Under the pieces are notes generated by a model. The model was not told where the DNA came from, did not search any database, and saw nothing but the letters and a program-made list of their open reading frames with translations. This document shows, one piece after another, positions 37,277 through 46,184 of a stretch of DNA of 64,000 nt. Both the position numbers and the translations under genes were made by a program. Origin of the DNA: an uncultured Ruminococcus sp. (GTDB lineage Bacteria > Bacillota > Clostridia > Oscillospirales > Ruminococcaceae); NCBI GenBank assembly GCA_944386525.1, contig CALXBL010000001.1, positions 16,724 through 80,723 on the forward strand, given 5' to 3'. Position 1 is the first letter of the stretch, and every line of letters starts with the position of its first letter.

Positions 37277-37305
37277 TTGACAAGTGCTGTGGGTTGTGAT
37301 ATAAT
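37277..37305 (+). promoter_or_regulatory. Consensus sigma-A promoter for the rubrerythrin gene
   Basis: TTGACA (37277-37282), a 17-nt spacer, then TGaTATAAT (TATAAT at 37300-37305). Confidence 0.7.
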
Positions 37306-37363
37306 ATACCATGTAATCAGGGATTACACTAAAATAAATTATAATTTACGGAGGATCACTATT

Positions 37364-37906
37364 ATGAGTAAATATGTATGTTCAATATGCGGCTATGTAC
37401 ACGAAGGCGACAGCGCTCCTGATGCATGTCCTATCTGCAAGGCTCCTGCTGATAAGTTCACTAAGCAGGACGAAACTATGACTTGGGCTGACGACCACGT
37501 AGTAGGCGTTGCTCAGGGTGTTGATGAAGATATCATCGCTGGTCTGCGTGAGAATTTCACAGGCGAGTGCACAGAAGTTGGTATGTACCTTGCTATGGCA
37601 AGAGTTGCTCACCGTGAGGGTTATCCTGAGATCGGTCTCTACTGGGAAAAGGCTGCCTACGAGGAGGCAGAGCACGCTGCTAAATTTGCAGAGTTGCTTG
37701 GCGAAGTTGTAACTTCTTCCACAAAGAAGAATCTGGAAATGCGTGTGGCTGCTGAATCCGGCGCTTGTGCAGGCAAGAAGGCTCTGGCTGCAAAGGCTAA
37801 GGCTCTCAATCTGGACGCTATCCACGATACAGTTCATGAAATGGCTAAAGACGAAGCAAGACACGGCAGAGCGTTTGAAGGTCTGCTTAAGAGATACTTC
37901 GGTTGA
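37364..37906 (+). CDS. rbr: Reverse rubrerythrin (N-terminal rubredoxin-like CxxC...CxxC, C-terminal ferritin-like diiron domain)
   Basis: [28 protein letters not shown] is followed by the diiron helices ([30 protein letters not shown]). The start at 37364 has a GGAGGA RBS; the track start at 37277 lies inside the promoter. Confidence 0.85.
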   Translation: MSKYVCSICGYVHEGDSAPDACPICKAPADKFTKQDETMTWADDHVVGVAQGVDEDIIAGLRENFTGECTEVGMYLAMARVAHREGYPEIGLYWEKAAYEEAEHAAKFAELLGEVVTSSTKKNLEMRVAAESGACAGKKALAAKAKALNLDAIHDTVHEMAKDEARHGRAFEGLLKRYFG

Positions 37907-37941
37907 TCGTAAGCGTCATATTTGTATATAATAAAACATAT

Positions 37942-37970
37942 GAGCTGTCTATAAACGGACAGCTCTTTTT
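37942..37970 (+). terminator. Intrinsic terminator after rbr
   Basis: GAGCTGTC - loop - GACAGCTC, followed by TTTTT. Confidence 0.75.
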
Positions 37971-38062
37971 CATGCCAATCAAAATGAACCTCACTTGACA
38001 ACAATAGCTGATTATGCTATGATTTTTTTATTAGTCTATATGCATTTTGTAGGAGGGAAAGT

Positions 38063-38806
38063 ATGTCCAAAGAACGCTACACCATACCAGACGCCCTAAG
38101 AGGCTTTTCTCTTGTGAGCATGATAATATACCACGCCATATGGGATCTCATATACATATTCGGAATTTCAGTCCCCTGGTATACGTCGCAGGGAGCTTAT
38201 GTGTGGCAGCAAAGCATATGCTGGACATTTATTATACTGTCGGGCTTCTGCTGGCACTTCGGCAGACATAAGCTGAAACGTGGACTTATAGTTATGGGCT
38301 GTTCCGCCGTGATAAGTATAGTTACCCTTCTGATAATGCCGGAAAACGCAGTTCGCTTTGGAGTACTTAGCCTTATTTCCGCCGGTACGCTGCTGCTCAT
38401 TCCGCTTGATAAATTACTGTCGAAAGTAAACCCGACCGCAGGACTTTTCGTATCCTTTTTATGCTTCTTTTTAACAAGAAACGTTTACTATGGATATATA
38501 GGATTTGAAAGCCTTGACCTCATCAAGCTGCCCACTTTCCTCTATAGAAACAGTTTCACTGCATGGCTCGGATTTCCCGGAGCTGATTTCAATTCGACTG
38601 ACTATTTCCCGATTCTGCCATGGATATTTCTCTATATCTTCGGATATTTCCTCTACAGACTGATGAAAGAAAAGAATATGCTGCCATACCTCTCAGTTGT
38701 AAGCATACCACCGCTGGAACTGATCGGCAGACACTCACTTATAATATATATGCTCCATCAGCCTGTGATATATATCATATTGCAGATCGTTTTCATGTTT
38801 GTATAA
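38063..38806 (+). CDS. Integral membrane protein, DUF1624 / heparan-alpha-glucosaminide N-acetyltransferase-like acyltransferase family
   Basis: RYTIPDALRGFSLVSMIIYHAIWDL at the N-terminus and about 8 TM segments. The family is named from memory. Confidence 0.5.
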   Translation: MSKERYTIPDALRGFSLVSMIIYHAIWDLIYIFGISVPWYTSQGAYVWQQSICWTFIILSGFCWHFGRHKLKRGLIVMGCSAVISIVTLLIMPENAVRFGVLSLISAGTLLLIPLDKLLSKVNPTAGLFVSFLCFFLTRNVYYGYIGFESLDLIKLPTFLYRNSFTAWLGFPGADFNSTDYFPILPWIFLYIFGYFLYRLMKEKNMLPYLSVVSIPPLELIGRHSLIIYMLHQPVIYIILQIVFMFV

Positions 38807-38901
38807 TAACAAGTTGTAATTTTATGCTAAAATCATTGCCGCATATACGTAATATCGGTAAAAATATATTATGATAATTATACTTTTATGCTGTTTTCTT
38901 C

Positions 38902-38930
38902 TTGACACAAACCAATCATGATGGTATACT
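38902..38930 (+). promoter_or_regulatory. Sigma-A promoter for the AraC-family gene
   Basis: TTGACA (38902-38907), a 17-nt spacer, then TATACT (38925-38930). Confidence 0.5.
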
Positions 38931-38948
38931 ATTTAAGAGGTGTTGAAT

Positions 38949-39764
38949 ATGCGTATCGACGAAATCGGATATAATCACAAGCACGACGAAACATTCCATA
39001 TAGACAGACCCGAAGGCACAGGCGACTGGCTCATGCTCATTATCAAATCACCAGTCCGTTTTAAAATCGAAGACAAGGATATACACGCTCCGGCGTGCTC
39101 TTTTATCATATATGAACCCGGATATCCACAGTTTTACTACGCAGATTCAAGTGTTTACTACGACGATTGGCTCCACTTCGTTCCCGACGAAAACGAAATC
39201 CAGCTTATGAAGTCGCTGAATATTCCTCTTAATAATCCGGTGTCGGTTTCTGAGGTTACTGATATTTCATCTATCGTCAGAAATATGTGTTTCGAACACT
39301 ACTCCACCAATAAAAACCGCCGACAATCGGTGGATATGTACTTCCGCCTGCTGCTTTACAAAATGAACGAAAAGACCCTCACCATTTTCAGCTCCATAAA
39401 ATCAACCGAAAGACCATACTTCCAAAAGCTCCTCTGGATTCGTGAATCCATCTATCGCTGGCCGGGCAGAGATTACTCCATTGACGATATGGCAAGAGAG
39501 CTTTCCCTCAGCCGCTCAAGATTCCAGCATATATATACCGACACGTTCGGCATAAGCGTAAACAAGGACATAATAAACAGCCGCATCGAAAAGGCAGCAG
39601 AACTGCTCAGAAACTCAGATATGCCCATCACTGAGATAGCCAATATCGTAGGCTACAGCAGTATACAGTACTTCACACGGCAATTCAAAAATGAGCTTGG
39701 CATCACTCCTGTCCAGTACAGGATAAATGAAAAATCCACTGGCTCTGAGATAGAATCAGAATAA
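38949..39764 (+). CDS. AraC-family transcriptional regulator (cupin sensor plus C-terminal double HTH)
   Basis: The C-terminal part (LSLSRSRFQHIYTDTFGISVNKDIINSRIEKAAELLRNSDMPITEIANIVGYSSIQYFTRQFKNELGITPVQYR) is a canonical AraC HTH. The ATG at 38949 follows AAGAGGTG. Confidence 0.85.
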   Translation: MRIDEIGYNHKHDETFHIDRPEGTGDWLMLIIKSPVRFKIEDKDIHAPACSFIIYEPGYPQFYYADSSVYYDDWLHFVPDENEIQLMKSLNIPLNNPVSVSEVTDISSIVRNMCFEHYSTNKNRRQSVDMYFRLLLYKMNEKTLTIFSSIKSTERPYFQKLLWIRESIYRWPGRDYSIDDMARELSLSRSRFQHIYTDTFGISVNKDIINSRIEKAAELLRNSDMPITEIANIVGYSSIQYFTRQFKNELGITPVQYRINEKSTGSEIESE

Positions 39765-39770
39765 AAACAA

Positions 39771-39812
39771 AATCAGCTGTACCTGGTGAGGAATCAGGTA
39801 CAGCTGATTTTC
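39771..39812 (+). terminator. Intrinsic terminator after the AraC gene
   Basis: Perfect 15-bp stem, AATCAGCTGTACCTG / CAGGTACAGCTGATT, followed by TTC. Confidence 0.7.
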
Positions 39813-40144
39813 ATAAGTGAGGACTACAGCATTTTTGCGAATTAAAACCAGACGCCACATAATATCTGCAGACGCCCGAATACAAATATGCTTACACATA
39901 TCTTGCATAACAAGACTATTTCTATTATAATATATTTCCAGACCGCAGGTCAATACACATTCCTGCTAATGTTTTGCATTTTTGTGCTATTTTCGTTTTT
40001 TTTACACCTTGCTAAATTTATATAATATTTCAGCAGAGTTTTATATGTTTGATTCTCCGCAGAATTCAAACACATTTTATATGCATCTGAATAAATACAC
40101 TTCATAAATTTCTCCGTAAGCCTTAAAGTAATTTTATGCTAAGA

Positions 40145-41983
40145 TCATATGACAAGCTTCACATCATAACGTTTCAGCCACTCGTTTAGCTGCACAAAAT
40201 ATGCGATAGTCTGCGGCTTTGCCATAAGCTGACCATACCACTGCACCTGTTCGCTGCCGCTTAGGAGCTCCTCCAATCTTGACTTTTTCACCAGCTTCAG
40301 AAGCGGTGCGTCCGGCTGGGATATTATGCTCCGCAGCATTCTCGACACTGCAAGGAAATACGCCGGATTATGCGTCTTTGGATAGGGGCTTTTCTTTCGC
40401 CAGAGTATATTCTCCGGCAGATAGTCCTTCATAGCCTCACGAAGAAGGCCCTTTTCGTATCCTCGGTAGTCCTTGTATTCCCACGGAACATTATAAAGAT
40501 ACTGAGCTATCCTGTGGTCGCAGAACGGAACACGCACCTCCAGAGAGCTGTACATACTCATTCTGTCTTTCCTGTCAAGGAGATTCTGCATGAACCAGTC
40601 CATATTGAGCAGCATCATCTCTCTCGTCCTGCTGTCGGCTGCATTTTCCCCAGGAAGCTTTTCAGCCTGTGATATCGTATACCTGTAGGCTGCATCAACA
40701 TAAGCCTTTCCGTCAATAATCTCACTTAGCTCATCAGTCAGGAACGACTGCCTATATGAGGTGCTCTGCGCCCATGGAAATCCCTCGCTCATGCGTATAG
40801 TTTCATCTCTGTACCAGGGATATCCGCCGAATATTTCATCCGCACATTCGCCGGAGAGTGCAACTGTAACTGATCTTTTTATATCACGGCAGAAAAGCAG
40901 CAGTGAGCTGTCCACATCAGCCATTCCCGGAAGAGCCCTTGCCTCCATAGCCGGGATAAGTGCGCCTGCAAGCTCAGGTATGTCAAGAACTGTAACATGG
41001 CTTTTGCTTCTGAGATATTCAGCCATACTTCCTATAAACTCTGTATCGCTGGTAGGCTGAAACTTGCTTTTATGAAAATACCTGTCATTGCTCTTATAGT
41101 CAAGTGAAAAAGTTGAAAGCTGCCTGCCCTCCTCTGCAAAGGTGCGTGACGCCACTGAGGAGATTATACTTGAATCAAGTCCTCCAGACAGAAATGTTCC
41201 CACGGGTACATCAGATACAAGCTGCCTTGTAACAGCATCCTCCACCAGAAATCTGACGTGCTCTGCTGTCTGAGTTATATTTTCAGTGTGGGGGAACGCC
41301 CTTAGTTTCCAATAGTTTTTTTTACTTAGACCTGTTCTGTCGTAACACGCCTGTTCTGCACGTTTCAGCTCACAGACCGTCCTGAAAACTCCACAGCCTG
41401 GAGTTCTTCCGGGCATCATCAGTATAAGCTCGGAAAGACCCTTCCTATCGATCTCATGAGGAACAGCCGGGTGCTGCATAAGGGAATTTATATCCGAGGC
41501 AAAAACAAATCCCTCCTGAGTCTCCGCATAAAAAAGAGGCTTGACACCCATTCTGTCACGGGCAAGCCACAGCCTTTCTTTTTTATGTTCCCATATGGCA
41601 AAAGCATATATACCGTTGAAGCCCTCCAGACATCTTTCGCCCAGAAGAATATAGCTCCAGAGAAGCACCTCGGTATCGCAGCTTGTTTTGAAAACCGCAC
41701 CAAGGCTCATAAGCTCACGTCTCAGCTCCTTTGTATTATACAGCTCTCCGTTGTATACTATAGTATACGTTTCATCTCCATAATTTATAGTCATAGGCTG
41801 TCTGCCATTTTGAGGATCTATGACAGACAGCCGTCTGTGCGCCATGATGCAGTGCTCTTCCGTATCGAACACACCCTCCTGGTCGGGACCTCTCCGGAGA
41901 AGTGCATTCTGCATCCCCAGAAGGATCTTCCGCTCACGTCTAATATCCTGTTCAAACCCTACAATACCGCAAATTCCGCACAT
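40145..41983 (-). CDS. asnB: Asparagine synthase (glutamine-hydrolysing)
   Basis: N-terminal nucleophile MCGICGIV (Ntn amidotransferase) and the PP-loop SGGLDSS. About 612 aa from the ATG at 41983 (GGAGGA RBS). The track start at 42055 is an upstream in-frame extension. Confidence 0.88.
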   Translation of the reverse strand: MCGICGIVGFEQDIRRERKILLGMQNALLRRGPDQEGVFDTEEHCIMAHRRLSVIDPQNGRQPMTINYGDETYTIVYNGELYNTKELRRELMSLGAVFKTSCDTEVLLWSYILLGERCLEGFNGIYAFAIWEHKKERLWLARDRMGVKPLFYAETQEGFVFASDINSLMQHPAVPHEIDRKGLSELILMMPGRTPGCGVFRTVCELKRAEQACYDRTGLSKKNYWKLRAFPHTENITQTAEHVRFLVEDAVTRQLVSDVPVGTFLSGGLDSSIISSVASRTFAEEGRQLSTFSLDYKSNDRYFHKSKFQPTSDTEFIGSMAEYLRSKSHVTVLDIPELAGALIPAMEARALPGMADVDSSLLLFCRDIKRSVTVALSGECADEIFGGYPWYRDETIRMSEGFPWAQSTSYRQSFLTDELSEIIDGKAYVDAAYRYTISQAEKLPGENAADSRTREMMLLNMDWFMQNLLDRKDRMSMYSSLEVRVPFCDHRIAQYLYNVPWEYKDYRGYEKGLLREAMKDYLPENILWRKKSPYPKTHNPAYFLAVSRMLRSIISQPDAPLLKLVKKSRLEELLSGSEQVQWYGQLMAKPQTIAYFVQLNEWLKRYDVKLVI

Positions 41984-42062
41984 ATAAAAATCCTCCTGCC
42001 ATACGATATTTATACAATACAGTATAGTATATGCAGATTTTCTCAGAATGTGCACATTTTTC

Positions 42063-42653
42063 TCAGGAAAGCATTGCTATTATCTCCTCAGCAGTTGCCT
42101 CACGGGTACGTCTTGTATCCATGGAGTGCTTTTCGATATAGCGGTGAGCCTCCTGCTCGGTCATTGAGTTCTTTTCAATAAGAAGGCACTTTGCACGTGA
42201 GACAGCCCTCATCTCACTGAGCTTTCTCTGAAGACAGTAATTCTCCTCTTTGATATGCTGTATCCTGCTCCTTACAGCAAGTCCGGAGCTTATTGCCTGA
42301 TGGAATGCCATCTTGTGAATGGGCTTTGAAACTACGGTTACGCCATATCTTATAGTACGGTTGGTCATATCATCAGCAGCGTCCGCACGGCACAGCAGTA
42401 TAATACCTGCACTGGTGGCATCGCTGAGCTGTCCGGCAAGCATATCTCCCGGCTCATCTGGAAGCGGCATATTTACAAGTATAAGATCAAAAACGTCCCT
42501 GCCGGTACATCGTCTTGCCTCTCCTCCGCTGCCTGCTGTGCAAATATCGCTGAATCCGCACTGACGCAGAAACGAAATAGCAGCAGTTGATATATCAGTT
42601 CCGGCTGTCACAAGTAACGCTCGTTTGCCCTGCACGCCAATCACTCCTTTCAT
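42063..42653 (-). CDS. ANTAR-domain RNA-binding antiterminator with a degenerate (pseudo-)receiver domain
   Basis: The C-terminal ANTAR domain reads LQRKLSEMRAVSRAKCLLIEKNSMTEQEAHRYIEKHSMDTRRTREATAEEI. The N-terminal CheY-like fold has LLVTAGTD and LILVNMPLP in place of the acidic pocket and the phospho-acceptor Asp. Confidence 0.8.
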   Translation of the reverse strand: MKGVIGVQGKRALLVTAGTDISTAAISFLRQCGFSDICTAGSGGEARRCTGRDVFDLILVNMPLPDEPGDMLAGQLSDATSAGIILLCRADAADDMTNRTIRYGVTVVSKPIHKMAFHQAISSGLAVRSRIQHIKEENYCLQRKLSEMRAVSRAKCLLIEKNSMTEQEAHRYIEKHSMDTRRTREATAEEIIAMLS

Positions 42654-42663
42654 GCAAGACCAT

Positions 42664-43836
42664 TTACGCTTTGTGATGACTCATTTTTCTGATAAAATTC
42701 CTTGTGCATACAGCCGGCACACAGCGAGCTGTAAATTCACTTTCGCTGGTAAGTCTAAAAGCCTCTTCCAAAGTCACGGGCAAAGCCGGCGTGTGATTCA
42801 AGCCTGATATCTCGCCATTTTCAATCCCCTCCAGACCTGCTTCAAGAAGAAGCTGTATCGTAAGATACGGATTGCAGCACGCATCGGCAGAACAAACCTC
42901 CAACTCCGGCTCACAGCCCGGCAGCTCAAATTGTTTGAGTGGTGCAAGATTTCCGTTTCTCCTCATAACATCGAGACGGCAGAATGAATTCTCCGTTGGA
43001 TTCATGAATGATGTAAATTCCGGCATACGCTTTGCAACTCCTGCGGCAAAGCACTTGCCCAGTTCATTGTCCTTTGTAAACAGCGGAACTCCATCCTTTT
43101 TAATGCTGATGTATATCTTCAGGGCACTGCCTATCTCATCAGGCAGAGGCTTTGGTATGAACGAGGCATACAGCCCATGCGCTGCCGCTATGGTTTCTAC
43201 AACAGTCTTGTAGTGCATCATATTATCAGCAGCAGTGAGCGGATCGCTGCTTGCAAAATCAATCTCATTCTGTCCAGGACCAGACTTATGGCATGAGGAT
43301 ATCGGACGAAGACCCATCTCCTCAAGAGCCAGACATATTTCACGTCGTGCATCCTCACACTTATCAAGAGGCGCTATATCAAGATATCCTCCGTTATCAT
43401 AGGGTATCTTTGTAGGATTGCCCTCCAGATCCATTTTAAACAGATAAAACTCACAGCGTGTGCTGACTTCGCACTGATATCCCATTGATTTAAGCTTTTC
43501 CACAGTATTCCTGAGATTGCGTCTCAGGTCTCCCTCGTACGGCGTACCGTCTGTACAATAGAGATTACACAAAAAGCGTACAACCCTTCCTGACTGAGGT
43601 CTCCACGGAAGAACCGACAGCGAACCTGTATCAGGTTTCAGCATAAGTATATCCGGTATCTCCTCCAGCATATCAGACGTATAAAACGGTATGCCATATT
43701 CTACAGCTCTGGAAAGCTCTCCCGGCATAATGGCTATGTTTTTCATATTTCCTGTGGTGTCGCAAAATGACATTCTGATAAATTTTATATCATTATCCTC
43801 AATAAATCCCTGAGTGTCGTCTGCTGAAAAATACAT
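42664..43836 (-). CDS. Glutamine-synthetase-fold protein with substituted catalytic residues (probable pseudoenzyme)
   Basis: It has a GS N-terminal beta-grasp and a catalytic-domain scaffold (GQNEIDF, NSFCRL, CNPYL). Canonical ligand positions are replaced, as detailed in the finding. 390 aa, against about 440-450 aa for GSI. Confidence 0.7.
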   Translation of the reverse strand: MYFSADDTQGFIEDNDIKFIRMSFCDTTGNMKNIAIMPGELSRAVEYGIPFYTSDMLEEIPDILMLKPDTGSLSVLPWRPQSGRVVRFLCNLYCTDGTPYEGDLRRNLRNTVEKLKSMGYQCEVSTRCEFYLFKMDLEGNPTKIPYDNGGYLDIAPLDKCEDARREICLALEEMGLRPISSCHKSGPGQNEIDFASSDPLTAADNMMHYKTVVETIAAAHGLYASFIPKPLPDEIGSALKIYISIKKDGVPLFTKDNELGKCFAAGVAKRMPEFTSFMNPTENSFCRLDVMRRNGNLAPLKQFELPGCEPELEVCSADACCNPYLTIQLLLEAGLEGIENGEISGLNHTPALPVTLEEAFRLTSESEFTARCVPAVCTRNFIRKMSHHKA

Positions 43837-43877
43837 TTCAATTCTCCTTCTTATATTTATATAAGTTTTGTCGGCTC

Positions 43878-43910
43878 AAAAAAGCTGCTGCATCCATCAG
43901 GAGCAGCAGC
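43878..43910 (-). terminator. Intrinsic terminator between the L,D-transpeptidase gene and the GS-like operon
   Basis: On the minus strand, GCTGCTGC - 11-nt loop - GCAGCAGC, followed by TTTTTT. It begins 10 nt after the upstream gene's stop codon (43921-43923) and the U-tract ends 41 nt before the GS-like start codon (43836). Confidence 0.8.
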
Positions 43911-43920
43911 CTAAGCACTA

Positions 43921-45801
43921 TTACGGAATGATAAGCACCGGAATACCTACCTCGATCGCATTGAACAGATCCGCAGCGAAATCCGGCGGCAGATTAATAC
44001 AGCCATGAGAACCATTATACATATAGATATCTCCGCCGTATGCTGAACGGTTAAGGTCGTGGAGACCTACGCCGCACCAGGAAACATTCATCCAGTAAGA
44101 TACAGGCGCTGAGTAACCCTCACCCTCAAGATTTCTGTCTCGCTCTTTTGTCCACACCTGAAATACACCTGTTGGAGTAGCTCGATCCGGATTGGTTTGA
44201 GTACCTGTTACACAATCAGAATCCATAACCATTTGGCCGTCTTTATACAGCCATACGTGCTGATTGGTGATATCTACCTCAATATATGTATCGCCGATAT
44301 CATCTATTCCACGGCAGTAGCCTTCCTGACTATATACCGGCTCGACTGTACAGCTTTCACCGGTCTTTATAAGCTCAATGAGAGCTGCTGTAGTCTCAGA
44401 TACATCAGTTTTCCACCCGTAAATTCCCTGTGCACCTAAAGGCAGCTCGATCGTTCCCTGAAGTGTGGAATTGAATGTACGTGTATAGCCTGCAACATAT
44501 GTATCGTACTTATCCGCAAGATTAGCCTGTACCCAAGCCTTTGCTGCATTTTCATCAACAGTTACATTTCCGTCAGCGTCTGAAGATACCCATTCTACAA
44601 TAGTAGAGGCTTCAAGCACTTCCTGACGATCCTCAAAATCATATGTGATAGTAAGTCCCATAAGAGCATTTGCCTCTTCACACGCAGACTGCAGACTCAC
44701 CGCAGTAACTTCAGCAGTAAGATAACAATCACAAGCATTGAGTTCAATAGTTGTGTTGCCGCCTCGAACCTGCTCCAGAGCATATTCAACAAGAACATCA
44801 ACATCTATCATATCGCCATCGTCCTCAGGTATGACAACGTATGTGCCATCGCTCTGCTTCTGGAGATATGCATCGGTTGGAGGTGCAGTGCCCCATGTAT
44901 ACGAGCCAATAAGCTGAGCCAGCTCATCCTCATCGTAGGTATTTATAAGTCTTGTCTCATACTCCGACTTGCTAAAAAGACTGACAAACCAAAGCATAGC
45001 ACTCCTTGAGGCAGCTTCTTCAAAAGCCTCATCGTTTTCAAGCGAAACAGCAGAACCGAACTCTTCGCCATTGAAATGAACTTCATCACCATTTTTCTTT
45101 ATGAAAGTAAGTCCTTGAACATTGCCCTCATGAATAACGGCTTCCTTTGCCTCGTCCATAGTCATGCCGCTTATATCAACGCCGTTCATATATGTATTGG
45201 GAAGAAAACCATTGCTGCAAACAAGCATACCTATAACATACGCAATAATAAGCAGCATAATAACTGCAAATACTATTATTATACCAGCTCTGCCCTTTCT
45301 GTCGGCAGCTGCCTGCTGCTGCTGATAATTGATGTTCTGTCGGTAGTCCCTTGGTATTTCGTAATCATATGCGTCGTCCTGACGTCTGCGCCGCTGAGGA
45401 GATGACTGACGCTGCACATAGCGCTGAGCCTCTGCTGCTGTAGAAGAAGGAGCTGATGTTCTTCTGGAGGAACGGGGTTCGCTGTCCATATAACTTATAG
45501 ACTCCTTGATACGGCGCATCTTTTCCACCTTATCGTCCGAAGCCGGAGCTGATGCAGCTTTTCCTGCCGGCTTTGATGTACGCTTTTTAACTGCTGTTGA
45601 AGCAGCCGGTCGGCCTGAAAGCTGAGATACGCTTTTGTTGCTTGAAGCTTTGCGCTGCTGCGGCTGAGACGACTTTTTCTGTCCGCCTGAAAGAGAGCGC
45701 TCCATCTGGCGGTGGAGTTCCTCCATACTCATTTTCTGCGGCGCAGCAGCGGAACTACGCTGACCTGTCTTGGGATTTCTGCTTTCGTTCAAAAAAATCA
45801 T
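43921..45801 (-). CDS. L,D-transpeptidase (YkuD family) with a long disordered cytoplasmic N-terminal tail, one TM segment and PG-binding-type repeats
   Basis: The C-terminal catalytic motif is GVGLHDLN...YNGSHGCINLP. The TM segment is IIIVFAVIMLLIIAYVIGMLV. The N-terminal 160 aa or so are rich in S, Q, R, P and A. Confidence 0.85.
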   Translation of the reverse strand: MIFLNESRNPKTGQRSSAAAPQKMSMEELHRQMERSLSGGQKKSSQPQQRKASSNKSVSQLSGRPAASTAVKKRTSKPAGKAASAPASDDKVEKMRRIKESISYMDSEPRSSRRTSAPSSTAAEAQRYVQRQSSPQRRRRQDDAYDYEIPRDYRQNINYQQQQAAADRKGRAGIIIVFAVIMLLIIAYVIGMLVCSNGFLPNTYMNGVDISGMTMDEAKEAVIHEGNVQGLTFIKKNGDEVHFNGEEFGSAVSLENDEAFEEAASRSAMLWFVSLFSKSEYETRLINTYDEDELAQLIGSYTWGTAPPTDAYLQKQSDGTYVVIPEDDGDMIDVDVLVEYALEQVRGGNTTIELNACDCYLTAEVTAVSLQSACEEANALMGLTITYDFEDRQEVLEASTIVEWVSSDADGNVTVDENAAKAWVQANLADKYDTYVAGYTRTFNSTLQGTIELPLGAQGIYGWKTDVSETTAALIELIKTGESCTVEPVYSQEGYCRGIDDIGDTYIEVDITNQHVWLYKDGQMVMDSDCVTGTQTNPDRATPTGVFQVWTKERDRNLEGEGYSAPVSYWMNVSWCGVGLHDLNRSAYGGDIYMYNGSHGCINLPPDFAADLFNAIEVGIPVLIIP

Positions 45802-46064
45802 CCTTTCTCACATCTATTCTATTATCCGTTCAGTTTTATACCGATCGGCACATCTTCTCAGGATTTACCTATTCATTATATAATACACGTTTCATTTTGT
45901 CAACCATTTTCGACAACTAAACTGTATTGATTTCATTATGTAACCGTATTGTTTCCATTTCGTTTACCTATCCCACGCAAACAAAGTGCAAGTGTATCAA
46001 ATTAAAAACTGTTTTTTTGTGTACAGTGCATAAATGTGGGACAAATCTTTGGTGAATGTTGCAA

Positions 46065-46094
46065 TTGACAAATTGTACATAAAAGTATTATAAT
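46065..46094 (+). promoter_or_regulatory. Sigma-A promoter for the pectate lyase gene
   Basis: TTGACA (46065-46070), an 18-nt spacer, then TATAAT (46089-46094), leaving a 5' UTR of about 85 nt. Confidence 0.55.
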
Positions 46095-46184
46095 TACAGA
46101 TGGGTAGATTTGGCATTGAGGAGTGCTTTCATATATCTGCCTTAAAAATATAATCAATTGGTTTTATTGTAGGAGGTATTACCA

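Noticed and set aside
39813-40144. A non-coding gap of about 330 bp between the AraC-family gene and asnB, containing an imperfect inverted repeat (about 40040-40075). It was considered as an sRNA or mobile-element scar.
   Set aside because: There is no promoter-terminator pair defining a transcript. The stem is imperfect and has no U-tract. No repeats are shared with the rest of the window. The evidence is insufficient.
43837-43990. A search by eye for the ANTAR dual-hairpin (two hexaloop stem-loops) overlapping the terminator upstream of the GS-like gene.
   Set aside because: I could not identify two convincing hexaloop hairpins in this stretch. The claim that this terminator is the ANTAR target therefore stays a hypothesis needing a covariance-model search, and it is not listed as a feature.
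46064-46077. An identical 14-mer, ATTGACAAATTGTA, upstream of both the pectate lyase gene (46064-46077) and ilvB (54557-54570), which might be a shared operator.
   Set aside because: It is essentially a -35 hexamer in AT-rich context. A rough estimate gives tens of chance 14-mer matches in a two-strand 64-kb window, more in AT-rich intergenic DNA. The two genes have no functional link.
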